64,000 nucleotides of DNA from Promethearchaeia archaeon (lineage in GTDB: Archaea > Asgardarchaeota > Lokiarchaeia > Sigyniarchaeales > SOKP01): positions 64,001-128,000 of the forward strand of contig JAHQWL010000055.1 of the NCBI GenBank assembly GCA_029856155.1, given 5' to 3'. Every line of letters begins with the position of its first letter. Positions within the stretch are counted from its first letter, which is position 1. Of this stretch, positions 1 through 10,162 are shown piece after piece. Below the pieces are notes generated by a model, which was given only the letters and a program-made list of their open reading frames with translations, did no database searches and was not told the DNA's origin. Made by a program: the position numbers and the translations under genes.

Positions 1-519
1 AACTCTCATTTTGCCGATCTGTCTTATCATCCGTTGAGTACCCCCATTGGCAGGAAAAATACCTCTTCGAATTTCAGGGAAGCCAAATTCTGATCGTCTT
101 GATGCAATAACTATATCGCAAACTAGTACTAATTCTAATCCACCCCCAAGAGCATAACCATCGACAGCTGCAATTAAAGGTTTTGGAAATGCTTCAATTA
201 AATTATAATAATTGTGCCTTATATACATGGCATGGCTACGATGTCTAAGGTTTTTAGGATCAAGTCGGGTATCTCCTCTTGCAGAAAGATCCGCACCGGC
301 AGAGAAAGCAGGCTTTTTAGTGAATTCTCTAGTTCCACGTATAATTACACAACGAACACTTTTGTCTACTTCTACTGTTTCTAATGCTTCAGCAATTTCT
401 TTAAGTGTTTGATTCTGAAGAGCATTCAATTTATCGGGACGAATTATTGATACAACAGCATAATTCCCCTCCTCAACTTTTTCAATTTTTACATGTTGAA
501 ACTTTTTTTCTTCACTCAT
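1..519 (-). CDS. Enoyl-CoA hydratase/isomerase (crotonase) family protein, 3' end runs off the window
   Basis: Manual translation from ATG at 519: MSEEKKFQHVKIEK...RPDKLNAL...AFSAGADL...PKPLIAAVDGYALGGGLELVLVCDIVIAS...FGFPEIRRGIFPANGGTQR, which are crotonase motifs. Confidence 0.93.
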   Translation of the reverse strand, partial: MSEEKKFQHVKIEKVEEGNYAVVSIIRPDKLNALQNQTLKEIAEALETVEVDKSVRCVIIRGTREFTKKPAFSAGADLSARGDTRLDPKNLRHRSHAMYIRHNYYNLIEAFPKPLIAAVDGYALGGGLELVLVCDIVIASRRSEFGFPEIRRGIFPANGGTQRMIRQIGKMRV

Positions 520-688
520 TCTGTTTTCACTTTTTTTTCTTAATTTAATTTCTAATATTATTCAATCAATTTTTTTTTGTGTTTTAGTTAAACGAATTAT
601 AATGAATAAAAATTACTATAATCATATTTGTTATAATTAATCTCTAGAAAGAATCATTCTTTCTTTAAGAAAATCAACTTTATTACAA

Positions 689-717
689 TTTATACATTTC
701 AAAACAAAATGTATAAA
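689..717. promoter_or_regulatory. 11-bp perfect inverted repeat (TTTATACATTT-N7-AAATGTATAAA), candidate operator in a divergent promoter region
   Basis: Read directly from the sequence; lies between the divergent genes starting at 519 (-) and 757 (+). Confidence 0.45.
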
Positions 718-756
718 AATTGATATATAATTAAATAGAAGTAGTTAAAGATTACT

Positions 757-1998
757 ATGTTAAATAATGAAAAAAACACTGAAAATAAAAGCTTAAATGC
801 TATACGTGTTCTAAACAATGTAAACGTTAAATTTAATGATCCTTTACCTGATGTTCATACAGCTAGAATACCTATTGCTAGTTGTGGTTGGGTTGATACT
901 GCAGATGGAGTAGTTTTAATTGACACTTTAATTAGAAGGCATGCTGCAAAACAAGTTAAAGAAAGGATTAAGAGTAAAATCAAATATATTATTTACACAC
1001 ATGGCCATATGGATCATGTTGGGGGAGCTTCAGCTTTTTTAGATGATAAGCCTGAGATTATATCGAGTAAGTACTTACCAGATAGATTTGATAAATATAA
1101 AATGTTGGCTCAATATCGTGCTCATATCAATGCTGTACAATTTAACGTTCCAGAAACTTTAGAATCAATTAAATATGTATACCCCACAAAGACCTTCTTA
1201 GGAGAAATGACTATAAAACTTGGGGATAAATCATTTGAATTGCATACTACTCGAGCTGAGACTGATGATGCTTGTTGGATTTACGTTCCTGAGATCAATG
1301 TGGCTTTTATAGGGGACTTAATGATAGGTAGACATTTTCCAAATATAGGAAACCCATGGAAACCTACTCGTTTTGCTTTGGATTGGGCAAAGGTTTTAGA
1401 AGAAGTTCGTGCGAAAGAGCCCCAATATGTGTTTTGTAATGGGGGGGGAGTTATGTTTAAAGAGGAAAGAGCTATTGAAGCATTAAGTCATAATATTGAG
1501 GTTATTCGTTCTTTACACGATCAAGTTGTAGATTTAATAAATCAAGGTATACATATTACAGAAATGATTCATAAAGTCAAAGTTCCTCAACATCTTATAG
1601 ATAGTCCTTATCTTAGGCAATTATACACAAGAGTTGAGTTTTTTGTTTTCAATGTATATAGATGGTATCATGGCTATTTTGATGATAATCCAGCACATCT
1701 TCTGCCCCGACCAGAAAAGGAAGTGATGAATGAGATTTATGATCTAATTGGTGATCCTCAAAAAATTTTGAATAGAGTAAAAGAATTATTCAACCAAAAT
1801 CAATCACAACTCGCCCTTCAAGTTCTAGATGTGCTTATTCAAATAGAACCTGAAAATATTGAAGCTCGAAAATTACATATCAAACTTCTTAGGGCTTTAG
1901 CTGCTCAAGATAATTGTCTAATGTCTAAAAATGCTTGGGTGTACTACATAAATAAAGATACCAAGTTTCTTAAATCAGAAAAAAACGGAGGAAAATGA
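757..1998 (+). CDS. Alkyl/aryl sulfatase-like metallo-beta-lactamase-fold hydrolase (SdsA/BDS1 family) with dimerisation domain
   Basis: THGHMDHVGG metal motif, ETDD, FPNIGNP, and the YRWYHGYFDDNPAHLLP segment typical of alkyl sulfatases. Confidence 0.85.
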   Translation: MLNNEKNTENKSLNAIRVLNNVNVKFNDPLPDVHTARIPIASCGWVDTADGVVLIDTLIRRHAAKQVKERIKSKIKYIIYTHGHMDHVGGASAFLDDKPEIISSKYLPDRFDKYKMLAQYRAHINAVQFNVPETLESIKYVYPTKTFLGEMTIKLGDKSFELHTTRAETDDACWIYVPEINVAFIGDLMIGRHFPNIGNPWKPTRFALDWAKVLEEVRAKEPQYVFCNGGGVMFKEERAIEALSHNIEVIRSLHDQVVDLINQGIHITEMIHKVKVPQHLIDSPYLRQLYTRVEFFVFNVYRWYHGYFDDNPAHLLPRPEKEVMNEIYDLIGDPQKILNRVKELFNQNQSQLALQVLDVLIQIEPENIEARKLHIKLLRALAAQDNCLMSKNAWVYYINKDTKFLKSEKNGGK

Positions 1999-2092
1999 GC
2001 GAAAAATCGAATCCAAACCTAAGAAATTTAGACATTCTTGTTAGTTGTATGTAAACAAAAAGAGATTAAAAATAAGAAGGATAAGAATAAAT

Positions 2093-3586
2093 ATGAGTTC
2101 TAAAGAAAAATATAAACCAACTTGGAATTCTTTAAGAAGACATAGACCTCCAGAATGGCTCGATGATGCTAAATATGGTATTTATTACCATTGGGGAATA
2201 TATTCTGTCCCTGCATTCGGGCCAAAAACGGCTAAAAATGGATCTTGGTACGGTCATGCCATGTATCAGGAGGGAACGCCTCAATATGAACATCATACAA
2301 AAACTTACGGTCATCCCTCGGAGTTTGGATACAAAGATTTTATACCATTATTCACAGCAGAGAAATTTAACCCTAATGAATGGGCAAAACTCTTTAAGCA
2401 AGTAGGAGCAAAATTTGCAGGACCAGTGTGCATCCACCACGACGGTTTTGCAATGTGGGATAGTAAGGTGACAAAATGGAATGCTGCTCAAATGGGCCCC
2501 AAAAGAGATACTGTAGGTGAGATGGAAAAAGCAATCAGAAAACAGGGTTTGAAATTCATGGTAGCGTTTCATCATGCCGAGAACCACTGGTTTTTCCCTC
2601 ACTGGAATAAGAACTATGATACATCAAATCCGGAATATTCAGGATTGTATGGACCAATCCACGATGAAGATTCAAAACTTAACTTACAATGGAGATGGAT
2701 TCATCAAGCTAAACCAAGTAAGGAATATTTAGATAATTGGAAAGCAAAAATTATTGAGGTTTTAGATAATTATAAGCCAGATCTCATATGGTTTGACTTT
2801 GGATTGGGAAAGCTTCCTGATAAATACAAGAGAGAAATGCTTGCATATTATTTCAATAAAGCTGAAGAGTGGGGAAAGGAAGTTGCCGTAACTTACAAAT
2901 TGCGTAATTTACCACCCAATATTGGAATTCTTGATTATGAATTGGGTAGGGCTGATAAACTCACATATTATAGGTGGATAACCGATTCATCCGTTGACGA
3001 TCAAGGAGCATGGTCTTACGTAAAAGAAGCAGGATACAAATCAGGAGACACGCTTGTTCATAATTTAGTTGATCGGGTATCTAAAAATGGGTATCTTCTA
3101 CTGAATTTTGGACCTAAAGCAAATGGTGAAATTCCTGGTCCCGCGAAAAATTGCCTACTTCAAATAGGAAAATGGCTTGAAGTTAATGGAGAAGCAATTT
3201 ATAATACAACTCCATGGTTTACAGCTGGTGAGGGAAAAACAAAATTAGCTAGAGGAGGAATGTTCAGCGAATACACAGAAGTAAAGTATACTGCTAAGGA
3301 TATCAGATTTACTGTGAAGGATAATGCAATTTATGCCATTACTCTCGGATGGCCTGGTGAAGAATTCAAAATTAAGACCTTGAGGAAATCTTATAGAAAA
3401 ATTATACGACAGAATGAAGCAAGATTTTTTTACATAATGGATGAATCGGACATTAAATCCATTAAGATGTTAGGAGTTGATAAAGAATTGGAATGGGACT
3501 TAACGGATATAGGTCTTAAAATAAAAACTCCAAATAAAAAACCATGCGAACATGCATATGTTTTTAAAATATCAAGATTAAATTAA
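2093..3586 (+). CDS. Alpha-L-fucosidase (GH29)
   Basis: YKPTWNSL, HWGIYSVPAF, HHDGFAMWDS, PDLIWFD nucleophile region, VSKNGYLLLNFGPKANG. ATG at 2093 preferred over TTG at 2045. No signal peptide. Confidence 0.93.
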   Translation: MSSKEKYKPTWNSLRRHRPPEWLDDAKYGIYYHWGIYSVPAFGPKTAKNGSWYGHAMYQEGTPQYEHHTKTYGHPSEFGYKDFIPLFTAEKFNPNEWAKLFKQVGAKFAGPVCIHHDGFAMWDSKVTKWNAAQMGPKRDTVGEMEKAIRKQGLKFMVAFHHAENHWFFPHWNKNYDTSNPEYSGLYGPIHDEDSKLNLQWRWIHQAKPSKEYLDNWKAKIIEVLDNYKPDLIWFDFGLGKLPDKYKREMLAYYFNKAEEWGKEVAVTYKLRNLPPNIGILDYELGRADKLTYYRWITDSSVDDQGAWSYVKEAGYKSGDTLVHNLVDRVSKNGYLLLNFGPKANGEIPGPAKNCLLQIGKWLEVNGEAIYNTTPWFTAGEGKTKLARGGMFSEYTEVKYTAKDIRFTVKDNAIYAITLGWPGEEFKIKTLRKSYRKIIRQNEARFFYIMDESDIKSIKMLGVDKELEWDLTDIGLKIKTPNKKPCEHAYVFKISRLN

Positions 3587-3628
3587 ATTAGTTAAGTAAA
3601 AATCTTCCCATTTTTTAGCTAAAAATCT

Positions 3629-4795
3629 TCATCGATCATAGCTCTTTTTGAGTAGATCCATTACATCATCTACTGTTGCCACTTTTGCATGATTTTCATA
3701 ATCGGGTAGTTTAAAAGTATCTTTCCCAATATCATTTAATGTACTTTTAGGCACATTTTTATCCTTGAAACTCATCCACATTCCGATTTCTCTTAAGAAA
3801 TTATCCATCTCATCACATGCTTTTTCTGCAGCTACCTTATCTGGTTCATCCTTTAAGGCAGGATTGAATAGTCTCCCTACATCTGCATATTTTTTGATCT
3901 TATACTTCCAAGTCCAGCGATTTATTTCAGGATACACTAAAGCCAATGCTTCACCGTGATGGATGTGAGGAGCATTACCGCCTATGGCCATTCCCATCCC
4001 ATGTGGTAAAGTTACACTTGCATTAGTAATGGATAGTCCCCCAAGGGTATTTGCCCAATGAAGAGCTTCCCTTGCTTCTCGGTTTTGTCCATCCTTCATT
4101 GCTATTGGTAAGTAATTAATAACAAGTCTCATGCCTTCCAAAGCATGCATATCTACATAATCACAAGCACTAGTGTGAGAAGTATAACTTTCAAATGAGT
4201 GGCAAAAAGCATCCCAGCCTGTTGCAGCTGTAATATGAGCCGGCATCGTTATAGTTAACTCAGGGTCAATTATAGCAACATTTGGGCATAATAATTTGTC
4301 TGCTAGTGCGTATTTCAAATGTATGGCAGGATTTGTTATTACTGAAACCGGGGTTACTTCCGTTCCGGTTCCTGCGGTTGTGGTCACTGCTATAATTGGT
4401 AATAATTTATCTTCTATCGATTTTCCATCTACTACACGGTATTCCCATGCCTCACCATCGTGAGTGACTCCTACTGAAATGGCTTTTGCTGCATCAATAG
4501 GCGAGCCCCCTCCTACGCCTAGAATTACATCCACATCATTTTTTTTAGCTATTTCTGTACCAACGTTTACCATATCAGTCGTCGGATTAGTAGAAACACC
4601 ATTATAATGTATAACATTGATCCTCTTGTCTTGACACAGTTTTGTTATTTTTTCTCTTATAGGTTCTAGACTTTTACCAGACCCTGTTACCATTAAACAT
4701 TTCTTTCCATATTGGGATAATATTTCTCCAATTTCTTCAACCCTACCCCAACCAAATCTAATATCAGTAGGATTATGATAATCAAAACTTTTCAT
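3629..4795 (-). CDS. Iron-containing alcohol dehydrogenase
   Basis: GGGSPIDAAK, TTAGTGTEVT, DAFCHSFE and His metal ligands. Confidence 0.93.
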   Translation of the reverse strand: MKSFDYHNPTDIRFGWGRVEEIGEILSQYGKKCLMVTGSGKSLEPIREKITKLCQDKRINVIHYNGVSTNPTTDMVNVGTEIAKKNDVDVILGVGGGSPIDAAKAISVGVTHDGEAWEYRVVDGKSIEDKLLPIIAVTTTAGTGTEVTPVSVITNPAIHLKYALADKLLCPNVAIIDPELTITMPAHITAATGWDAFCHSFESYTSHTSACDYVDMHALEGMRLVINYLPIAMKDGQNREAREALHWANTLGGLSITNASVTLPHGMGMAIGGNAPHIHHGEALALVYPEINRWTWKYKIKKYADVGRLFNPALKDEPDKVAAEKACDEMDNFLREIGMWMSFKDKNVPKSTLNDIGKDTFKLPDYENHAKVATVDDVMDLLKKSYDR

Positions 4796-4804
4796 TTAAT
4801 CTAC

Positions 4805-5842
4805 CTATTCTTTATTTACATCAATAAAAACTTTCATTACTTTATCTTTTTTATCATCAATATATTTATAAGCTCTATCATAATCCTCAAATGGGAAATG
4901 CATCGTCATTAATGGTTTAAGGATCATCTTTTTATTATCTACAAGTTCAATCGCTTTAATGTAATCATTAGCTTGATACATTAATGTACCAATCAACCTA
5001 AGCTCACGATCTTGCACGAATCCTAAATCAACGGCAGGTTTTTCTCCAAAAACGCCAACAATTATTATGTCTGATCCCTTTCTTGCGTTTTCAATTGCTG
5101 CATCTATCGTTTCATTGGTACCAACACATTCAATTATTAAATCTGCTTTATCTGGTCCAAATGCATTTGTAATCTCTACAGACAAATTTTGTTTTGTTGG
5201 ATTTATGGTAAAGTCAATCCCAACCTCTTTTGCGATTCCCAATCTAAAATCACTTAAATCCGTAATCATTACTGCTTTAGCCCCAAGAGCTTTTGCAGCT
5301 TGTCCTACTAGGTTTCCAATTGGACCTGCTCCAAGTACTAGAATATTAAATCCTGAAATATCACCACCTCTTGATACTGCATGCACTGCTACGGCACATG
5401 GCTCAATCATAGCACCTTGTTCATATGTCATATTTTCCGGGAGTTTAATGACCTTTTCAGCATCGATGGCAAAAAATTCTGAACCTGCACCAGTTGTTTG
5501 GAAACCCATAACTTTTAGATCATCGCAAATATGGTACCTTCCGTGAGTACATGGATAACATTGATTGCAAACTTCTTGAGGTAAAATCGTCACTTTATCA
5601 CCTGATTTAAGATTCTTAACATTTGACCCAATTTTCTCAATTTTTCCAGATACTTCATGACCTTGGGTAATAGGATAGTCGGTATATGGATGTTTCCCAT
5701 GATAGACGTGAATATCACTTCCGCACACTCCAATTCTCATCATTTTTATGAGAACATCATTTTCTTCCAATTCAGGAATCGGAATATCGTGAAATTCTAT
5801 TTTACCTGGAGCCGTCATTACTTCTTGCTTCATATTATTCAT
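4805..5842 (-). CDS. Zinc-dependent (MDR) sugar-alcohol/threonine dehydrogenase-like protein
   Basis: GVCGSDIH, GHEVSG, structural Zn motif C-x2-C-x2-C-x7-C, GAGPIG. Confidence 0.9.
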   Translation of the reverse strand: MNNMKQEVMTAPGKIEFHDIPIPELEENDVLIKMMRIGVCGSDIHVYHGKHPYTDYPITQGHEVSGKIEKIGSNVKNLKSGDKVTILPQEVCNQCYPCTHGRYHICDDLKVMGFQTTGAGSEFFAIDAEKVIKLPENMTYEQGAMIEPCAVAVHAVSRGGDISGFNILVLGAGPIGNLVGQAAKALGAKAVMITDLSDFRLGIAKEVGIDFTINPTKQNLSVEITNAFGPDKADLIIECVGTNETIDAAIENARKGSDIIIVGVFGEKPAVDLGFVQDRELRLIGTLMYQANDYIKAIELVDNKKMILKPLMTMHFPFEDYDRAYKYIDDKKDKVMKVFIDVNKE

Positions 5843-5959
5843 CTTGTCATTCTAAAATATTCTCTAATAAGACAAAATATTCTTAATATTTTTAATATTA
5901 GCATTCTAAAAGAACCTAAATAATTTTAACGTTAAGTGAATTTGCATCAATGGTTAAAT

Positions 5960-7474
5960 TTATTGTTCTTCCAATATGGGAGTAGATTCAAGATCAAAGG
6001 AATAAATTTTAGCTTTTCGAAATATAAACTGAATTTTGATTTGCTCTTCAACATATGAATCTGTGGCTTTTGCTTTCTTCACATTAATGTTAGGATCTAC
6101 TAGTTGAATACGATAATTGATACATGTTTCAGTGATACGTGGAACTACATATAAAACATCATTGTTATTGTCAAGAATTTTAATGTCAATATATCCACCT
6201 GTATCAACATCCGCATTAATTTGAAGTCCACACCAATTATTAGGGATAGTTTTAATAATAGTGGTTGTGATAATCGAATCTTGATTAGGGTTAATTTGTT
6301 CAAATCCTGCGAATCCATCAATTCGTAGTGTCGTTAAACAAAAATATCCTTTTCTCCAATCTGTGTGCAATCCATCGCTCCCTAAATAGTAAATCCATAT
6401 ATCATCTTTAATAATAAAAGGACGGTTGGCAGCATATATGCACCCCCAATCATATGCGCCTTCTTCCGAACCATTAGGAATTAAAGATTCCCCGGGGTCA
6501 ATTCGTTCCCAGCTCGTATTATCCAGACTTAGAGCTAATTCAGTTGAAACTCTATCCGTTTGAGTATTAAATATCGCCACCAATCCCAAGAATACATTAG
6601 TATAAGGAAAAACTACCATACTATATACTTCAAGATGGGGTTCTAATCCTTCCAAAACCACTTCAGGTTTGGTAAAGTGAATCAAATCTGCACTTTCAGA
6701 TCTTCCCACAACCCGATGAGAATGTCCATATTTAAGTATCTTCTTCCACATACGGGTATATAAAACATATTTTGAATGAAAAATATCAAAAAAGATATTA
6801 TTATGAGTATCCCTTCCCCAGTATGTAATCGAATTTACAGTTTTGAATTGATATTTGTTAAATCCTTCAATCTCAATTGGTTCCCCCCAATGTATCCCAT
6901 CTTCAGATAATGCATAAAAGAATGAATCTTCTTTATCTAATTTAAAAATTAGCTTATATCTTTGCTGTGGGTCTTCAGAAAAGGGATCAAAATACATTCC
7001 TGCTCCATGAAAATTTACTGCAACAATATTCGTATCTTTTGAATCCTTATGCGAATAAATCCCCAAATTTGGCTTTTCCCAGTGAATTCCATTTTCTGAT
7101 TCTGCATAACATACACCCATAACGCGATAATCTCTTCCAAATTTTTTCCACATTTTCCTCGATAATTCCCGATATTTCCCTAGTAATTTTTCTTCTTCGG
7201 GGGTATCTGAGGTAGAATGATCGACTATAAATGGATTATACCAAAGTCGAAAAGGTTTACCTATAAATCTCACGGGATCATACCAAATATTAGCATAGAG
7301 ATTATCAAATCGAACTTCCCAAGGTTTATCTTCTCCAAAAAGAGGATTATTGACATGCTTCTTAACTTTACCCAATTTAATTTGTGCATTTTTGGCGTTC
7401 TCAATAGTTCGGGGATCTAGCATGAGGAATTTCTGATACTTCAACTGTCGTTCAGATTCAGGTGATAATCTCAT
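5960..7474 (-). CDS. Putative five-bladed beta-propeller glycoside hydrolase (GH32/43/130-like superfamily)
   Basis: Repeated S-x-D/N-G-x-x-W motifs (SENGIHW, SEDGIHW, SADLIHF, SLDNTSW), DTHN, LRIDGF. Family not resolvable by eye. Confidence 0.6.
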   Translation of the reverse strand: MRLSPESERQLKYQKFLMLDPRTIENAKNAQIKLGKVKKHVNNPLFGEDKPWEVRFDNLYANIWYDPVRFIGKPFRLWYNPFIVDHSTSDTPEEEKLLGKYRELSRKMWKKFGRDYRVMGVCYAESENGIHWEKPNLGIYSHKDSKDTNIVAVNFHGAGMYFDPFSEDPQQRYKLIFKLDKEDSFFYALSEDGIHWGEPIEIEGFNKYQFKTVNSITYWGRDTHNNIFFDIFHSKYVLYTRMWKKILKYGHSHRVVGRSESADLIHFTKPEVVLEGLEPHLEVYSMVVFPYTNVFLGLVAIFNTQTDRVSTELALSLDNTSWERIDPGESLIPNGSEEGAYDWGCIYAANRPFIIKDDIWIYYLGSDGLHTDWRKGYFCLTTLRIDGFAGFEQINPNQDSIITTTIIKTIPNNWCGLQINADVDTGGYIDIKILDNNNDVLYVVPRITETCINYRIQLVDPNINVKKAKATDSYVEEQIKIQFIFRKAKIYSFDLESTPILEEQ

Positions 7475-7567
7475 TTATTAATCACTATTCATCATTTTAT
7501 CTTTTAGAGTCCTCTTCCTTAATTATAGTATTTATAGGTTAAATTTCTTAAAAAGTTTAGAGGAAAG

Positions 7568-7610
7568 TTCAATTGAATTTTCATTGAAATCAGACTCTGA
7601 ATTTATCTTT
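7568..7610 (+). repeat. 43-bp dispersed repeat, copy A (TCAGA-N-TCTGA core)
   Basis: 38/43 identical, ungapped, to the reverse complement of 59891..59933. Confidence 0.7.
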
Positions 7611-7688
7611 AAGTATATCATTGAAGGAAGAAAAATATTAAAATAAGACTATATTTCTAATATCAAATTTGATTTGGATACAATATAA

Positions 7689-9221
7689 ATGTTTGATGAA
7701 AATATGGAAAGAACTAAAATAATTGATATAAAAGCAGGTAAAATTCAAGGTATTAAAGACGACGGTATAGAAATATTTAAAGGAATACCTTATGCCGAAA
7801 GAGTGGTAGGAGATTTACGGTTTAAACCCCCTGTTCCCGCGAAGCGCCTTCCGGGAGTACTTTTGGCAACTGAATTTGGCCCTATTTGTCCTCAAGTTAT
7901 CTCTCCAAAATTGATAAGTCCACCGAATCCGCAAAGTGAACCCGATTGTCTTAACTTGAATATTTGGACACCTTCTACCGATCGGGATAAACGTCCAGTA
8001 ATGGTCTGGATCCACGGTGGAGGATTAAGAAACCATAGCGCACGTTCATACGACGGTACATTCCTAGTCAAAAGGGGAAATGTGGTTGTAGTTACATTTA
8101 ACTACAGATTAAATGCTTTAGGATTTTCGTTTATACCGGGTATCTCTACCGCCCCGTTAGGACTACTCGACCAAATTACAGCATTGAAGTGGGTTCGTGA
8201 TAATATCGAAAGTTTTGGAGGGGATGCTGACAACATAACAATTTTTGGTGAAAGCGCTGGAGGTTGGTCAGTATCAACATTATTAGCAATGCCCGAAGCT
8301 AAAGGTCTTTTCCATCGAGCGATAGCTCAAAGTGGAGCTTGCAATCCTGCGGGTTTCAGAGCTTCAGAAGGTAAAGATATAAGCAAGCGTATGCTTTCAG
8401 AAGTGGGGATTCAAAAAGGTGATATCGAGGCACTTCTCAAAATTTCCGCATACGAACTCGTTCATGCTGAATCAAAAGTATGGGAAGAAAAATTAAAAGA
8501 AAAGCATTGGCCTCTTACAACTCCTCCCTACATAGATGGGGAGTATATTCCCGAACATCCTCTAGACTTGATTCGTAAGGGTCCTGCAGCAGAAGTTGAT
8601 CTGTTAGTTGGAACAAATTTAAATGAATCCTCCTCGATGAAACCAGATGATAATAATAATTTCAAGGAAGTAAGTGAAAATGGAATGCATAATTGGATAA
8701 AATTTGTGATGAAAACTCTTGGTCAAGATGAAGATAAAGCAGAAAGCTTAATAAATGCATATAGAGAAACAAGGAAAGATGAAGGTTCTCTATCCGCCCA
8801 AAAAGTCCTAGATGCATTTCTCACCGATTTTGAATTTCACATTTCTGCCATTCGAACAGCCGAGGCTCAGTCTATGCAGAATCCTAACACTTTTATGTAT
8901 TTGTTTACATGGCCCTCCTCGATTATGGATGGAATATTTGGTTCCTTTCACACTTTAGAAATACCCTTCGTATTTGGGATGTTGGATGATCCATATTGGA
9001 GTATATTTGTAGATACGAGTGAAGAAGCGAGGAAACTCAGCGAAAAGATTATGGATTCATGGATAGCGTTTGCTCGAACGGGAAATCCTTCTCACAATGG
9101 TATACCAGAATGGCCTCAATATGACACGGAAAAACGAAGTACAATGATTTTAGGTAAGGAGATAAAAGTAGTTGATGATCCATATGGAAAAGAAAGAATA
9201 GCTTGGGATGGAATTATGTAA
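7689..9221 (+). CDS. Type-B carboxylesterase (PnbA-like)
   Basis: FKGIPYA, DCLNLNIW, WIHGGG, catalytic GESAG, GTNLNE, SFHTLEI. Confidence 0.95.
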   Translation: MFDENMERTKIIDIKAGKIQGIKDDGIEIFKGIPYAERVVGDLRFKPPVPAKRLPGVLLATEFGPICPQVISPKLISPPNPQSEPDCLNLNIWTPSTDRDKRPVMVWIHGGGLRNHSARSYDGTFLVKRGNVVVVTFNYRLNALGFSFIPGISTAPLGLLDQITALKWVRDNIESFGGDADNITIFGESAGGWSVSTLLAMPEAKGLFHRAIAQSGACNPAGFRASEGKDISKRMLSEVGIQKGDIEALLKISAYELVHAESKVWEEKLKEKHWPLTTPPYIDGEYIPEHPLDLIRKGPAAEVDLLVGTNLNESSSMKPDDNNNFKEVSENGMHNWIKFVMKTLGQDEDKAESLINAYRETRKDEGSLSAQKVLDAFLTDFEFHISAIRTAEAQSMQNPNTFMYLFTWPSSIMDGIFGSFHTLEIPFVFGMLDDPYWSIFVDTSEEARKLSEKIMDSWIAFARTGNPSHNGIPEWPQYDTEKRSTMILGKEIKVVDDPYGKERIAWDGIM

Positions 9222-9331
9222 TTTTATGTATATTGAATAAGTGAATTTCATTGAAGGGTTCAAATGTAGAAAAAATGACCCAAATTTGATCCAGGATTAT
9301 ATTGCTCTAATTTTAAGTAATAAAAGAATCA

Positions 9332-10075
9332 TTAACTTTTTTTAAACCTTATAAAAAAGGTTTCTCCATTTACATCCTGTTCTATAACATTAAAACCAAC
9401 TTTTTTACCTAGATCTAAATAACGTTCTAAGTTGTATTTTTTCCCCCACCTAGTTCCATAACCAGTTGTTATTTTCTTTTTCCCAATATCTACTTCTAAT
9501 TTAACTGCATAAGTATCTTTTTCTGTTTCAGGTCTATCTGGAATAGTGAGATCCCAAAGAAAAAGCTCTCCTTTCGATTTTAGAACTCGATATGCTTCTT
9601 TAAGGACTTTCTTTTGATCTGGTTTTGATATATACATCATAGTAAAAAATATAGCAACAGTATCAAACGCCTCATCTAGGAATTTCAGATCCTTTCCATC
9701 CATAATAATTTTCACACAGTCACTTTCTGCTTCTTTAAGCTCCCTTTCAGAAGGATCTATTGATATAACATTAGGACCAGCGAATTGCCCGATAATTCCT
9801 TCTCCACCTCCTCCAATATCTAGAATTCGTCCTTTTAACAGGATCTTTTTTAAATCAATCTGATGGAGTTCAGAAAAATAAATATCTTTATAGATTACTT
9901 CTTCTTCAAATTTATCTATTGCTTCATTAGTAGCATACCAGTGATCTTCAATCTTTATACCTTGAATTTTATTGTTTTGAAAATGAGTCTGAATCTCATC
10001 TTGACTTAAACGATTATGAAGCATTCCACATATTTCTGAAATATCGTAATATTTCTCCCCATCAACTTCTCTCAT
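9332..10075 (-). CDS. Class I SAM-dependent methyltransferase with N-terminal excisionase-like HTH domain
   Basis: ILDIGGGGEG motif I, FDTV, EAYRVLKSKG. The N-terminal ~58 aa follow the HTH_17 pattern. Confidence 0.8.
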   Translation of the reverse strand: MREVDGEKYYDISEICGMLHNRLSQDEIQTHFQNNKIQGIKIEDHWYATNEAIDKFEEEVIYKDIYFSELHQIDLKKILLKGRILDIGGGGEGIIGQFAGPNVISIDPSERELKEAESDCVKIIMDGKDLKFLDEAFDTVAIFFTMMYISKPDQKKVLKEAYRVLKSKGELFLWDLTIPDRPETEKDTYAVKLEVDIGKKKITTGYGTRWGKKYNLERYLDLGKKVGFNVIEQDVNGETFFIRFKKS

Positions 10076-10162
10076 ATAATCACTTGAGATTTTATAACAG
10101 CAAAGGACTATAATATTTTATAGTTTTTAAATTTGGCAAAACTAATTAAAAAAAGTTTTTTT

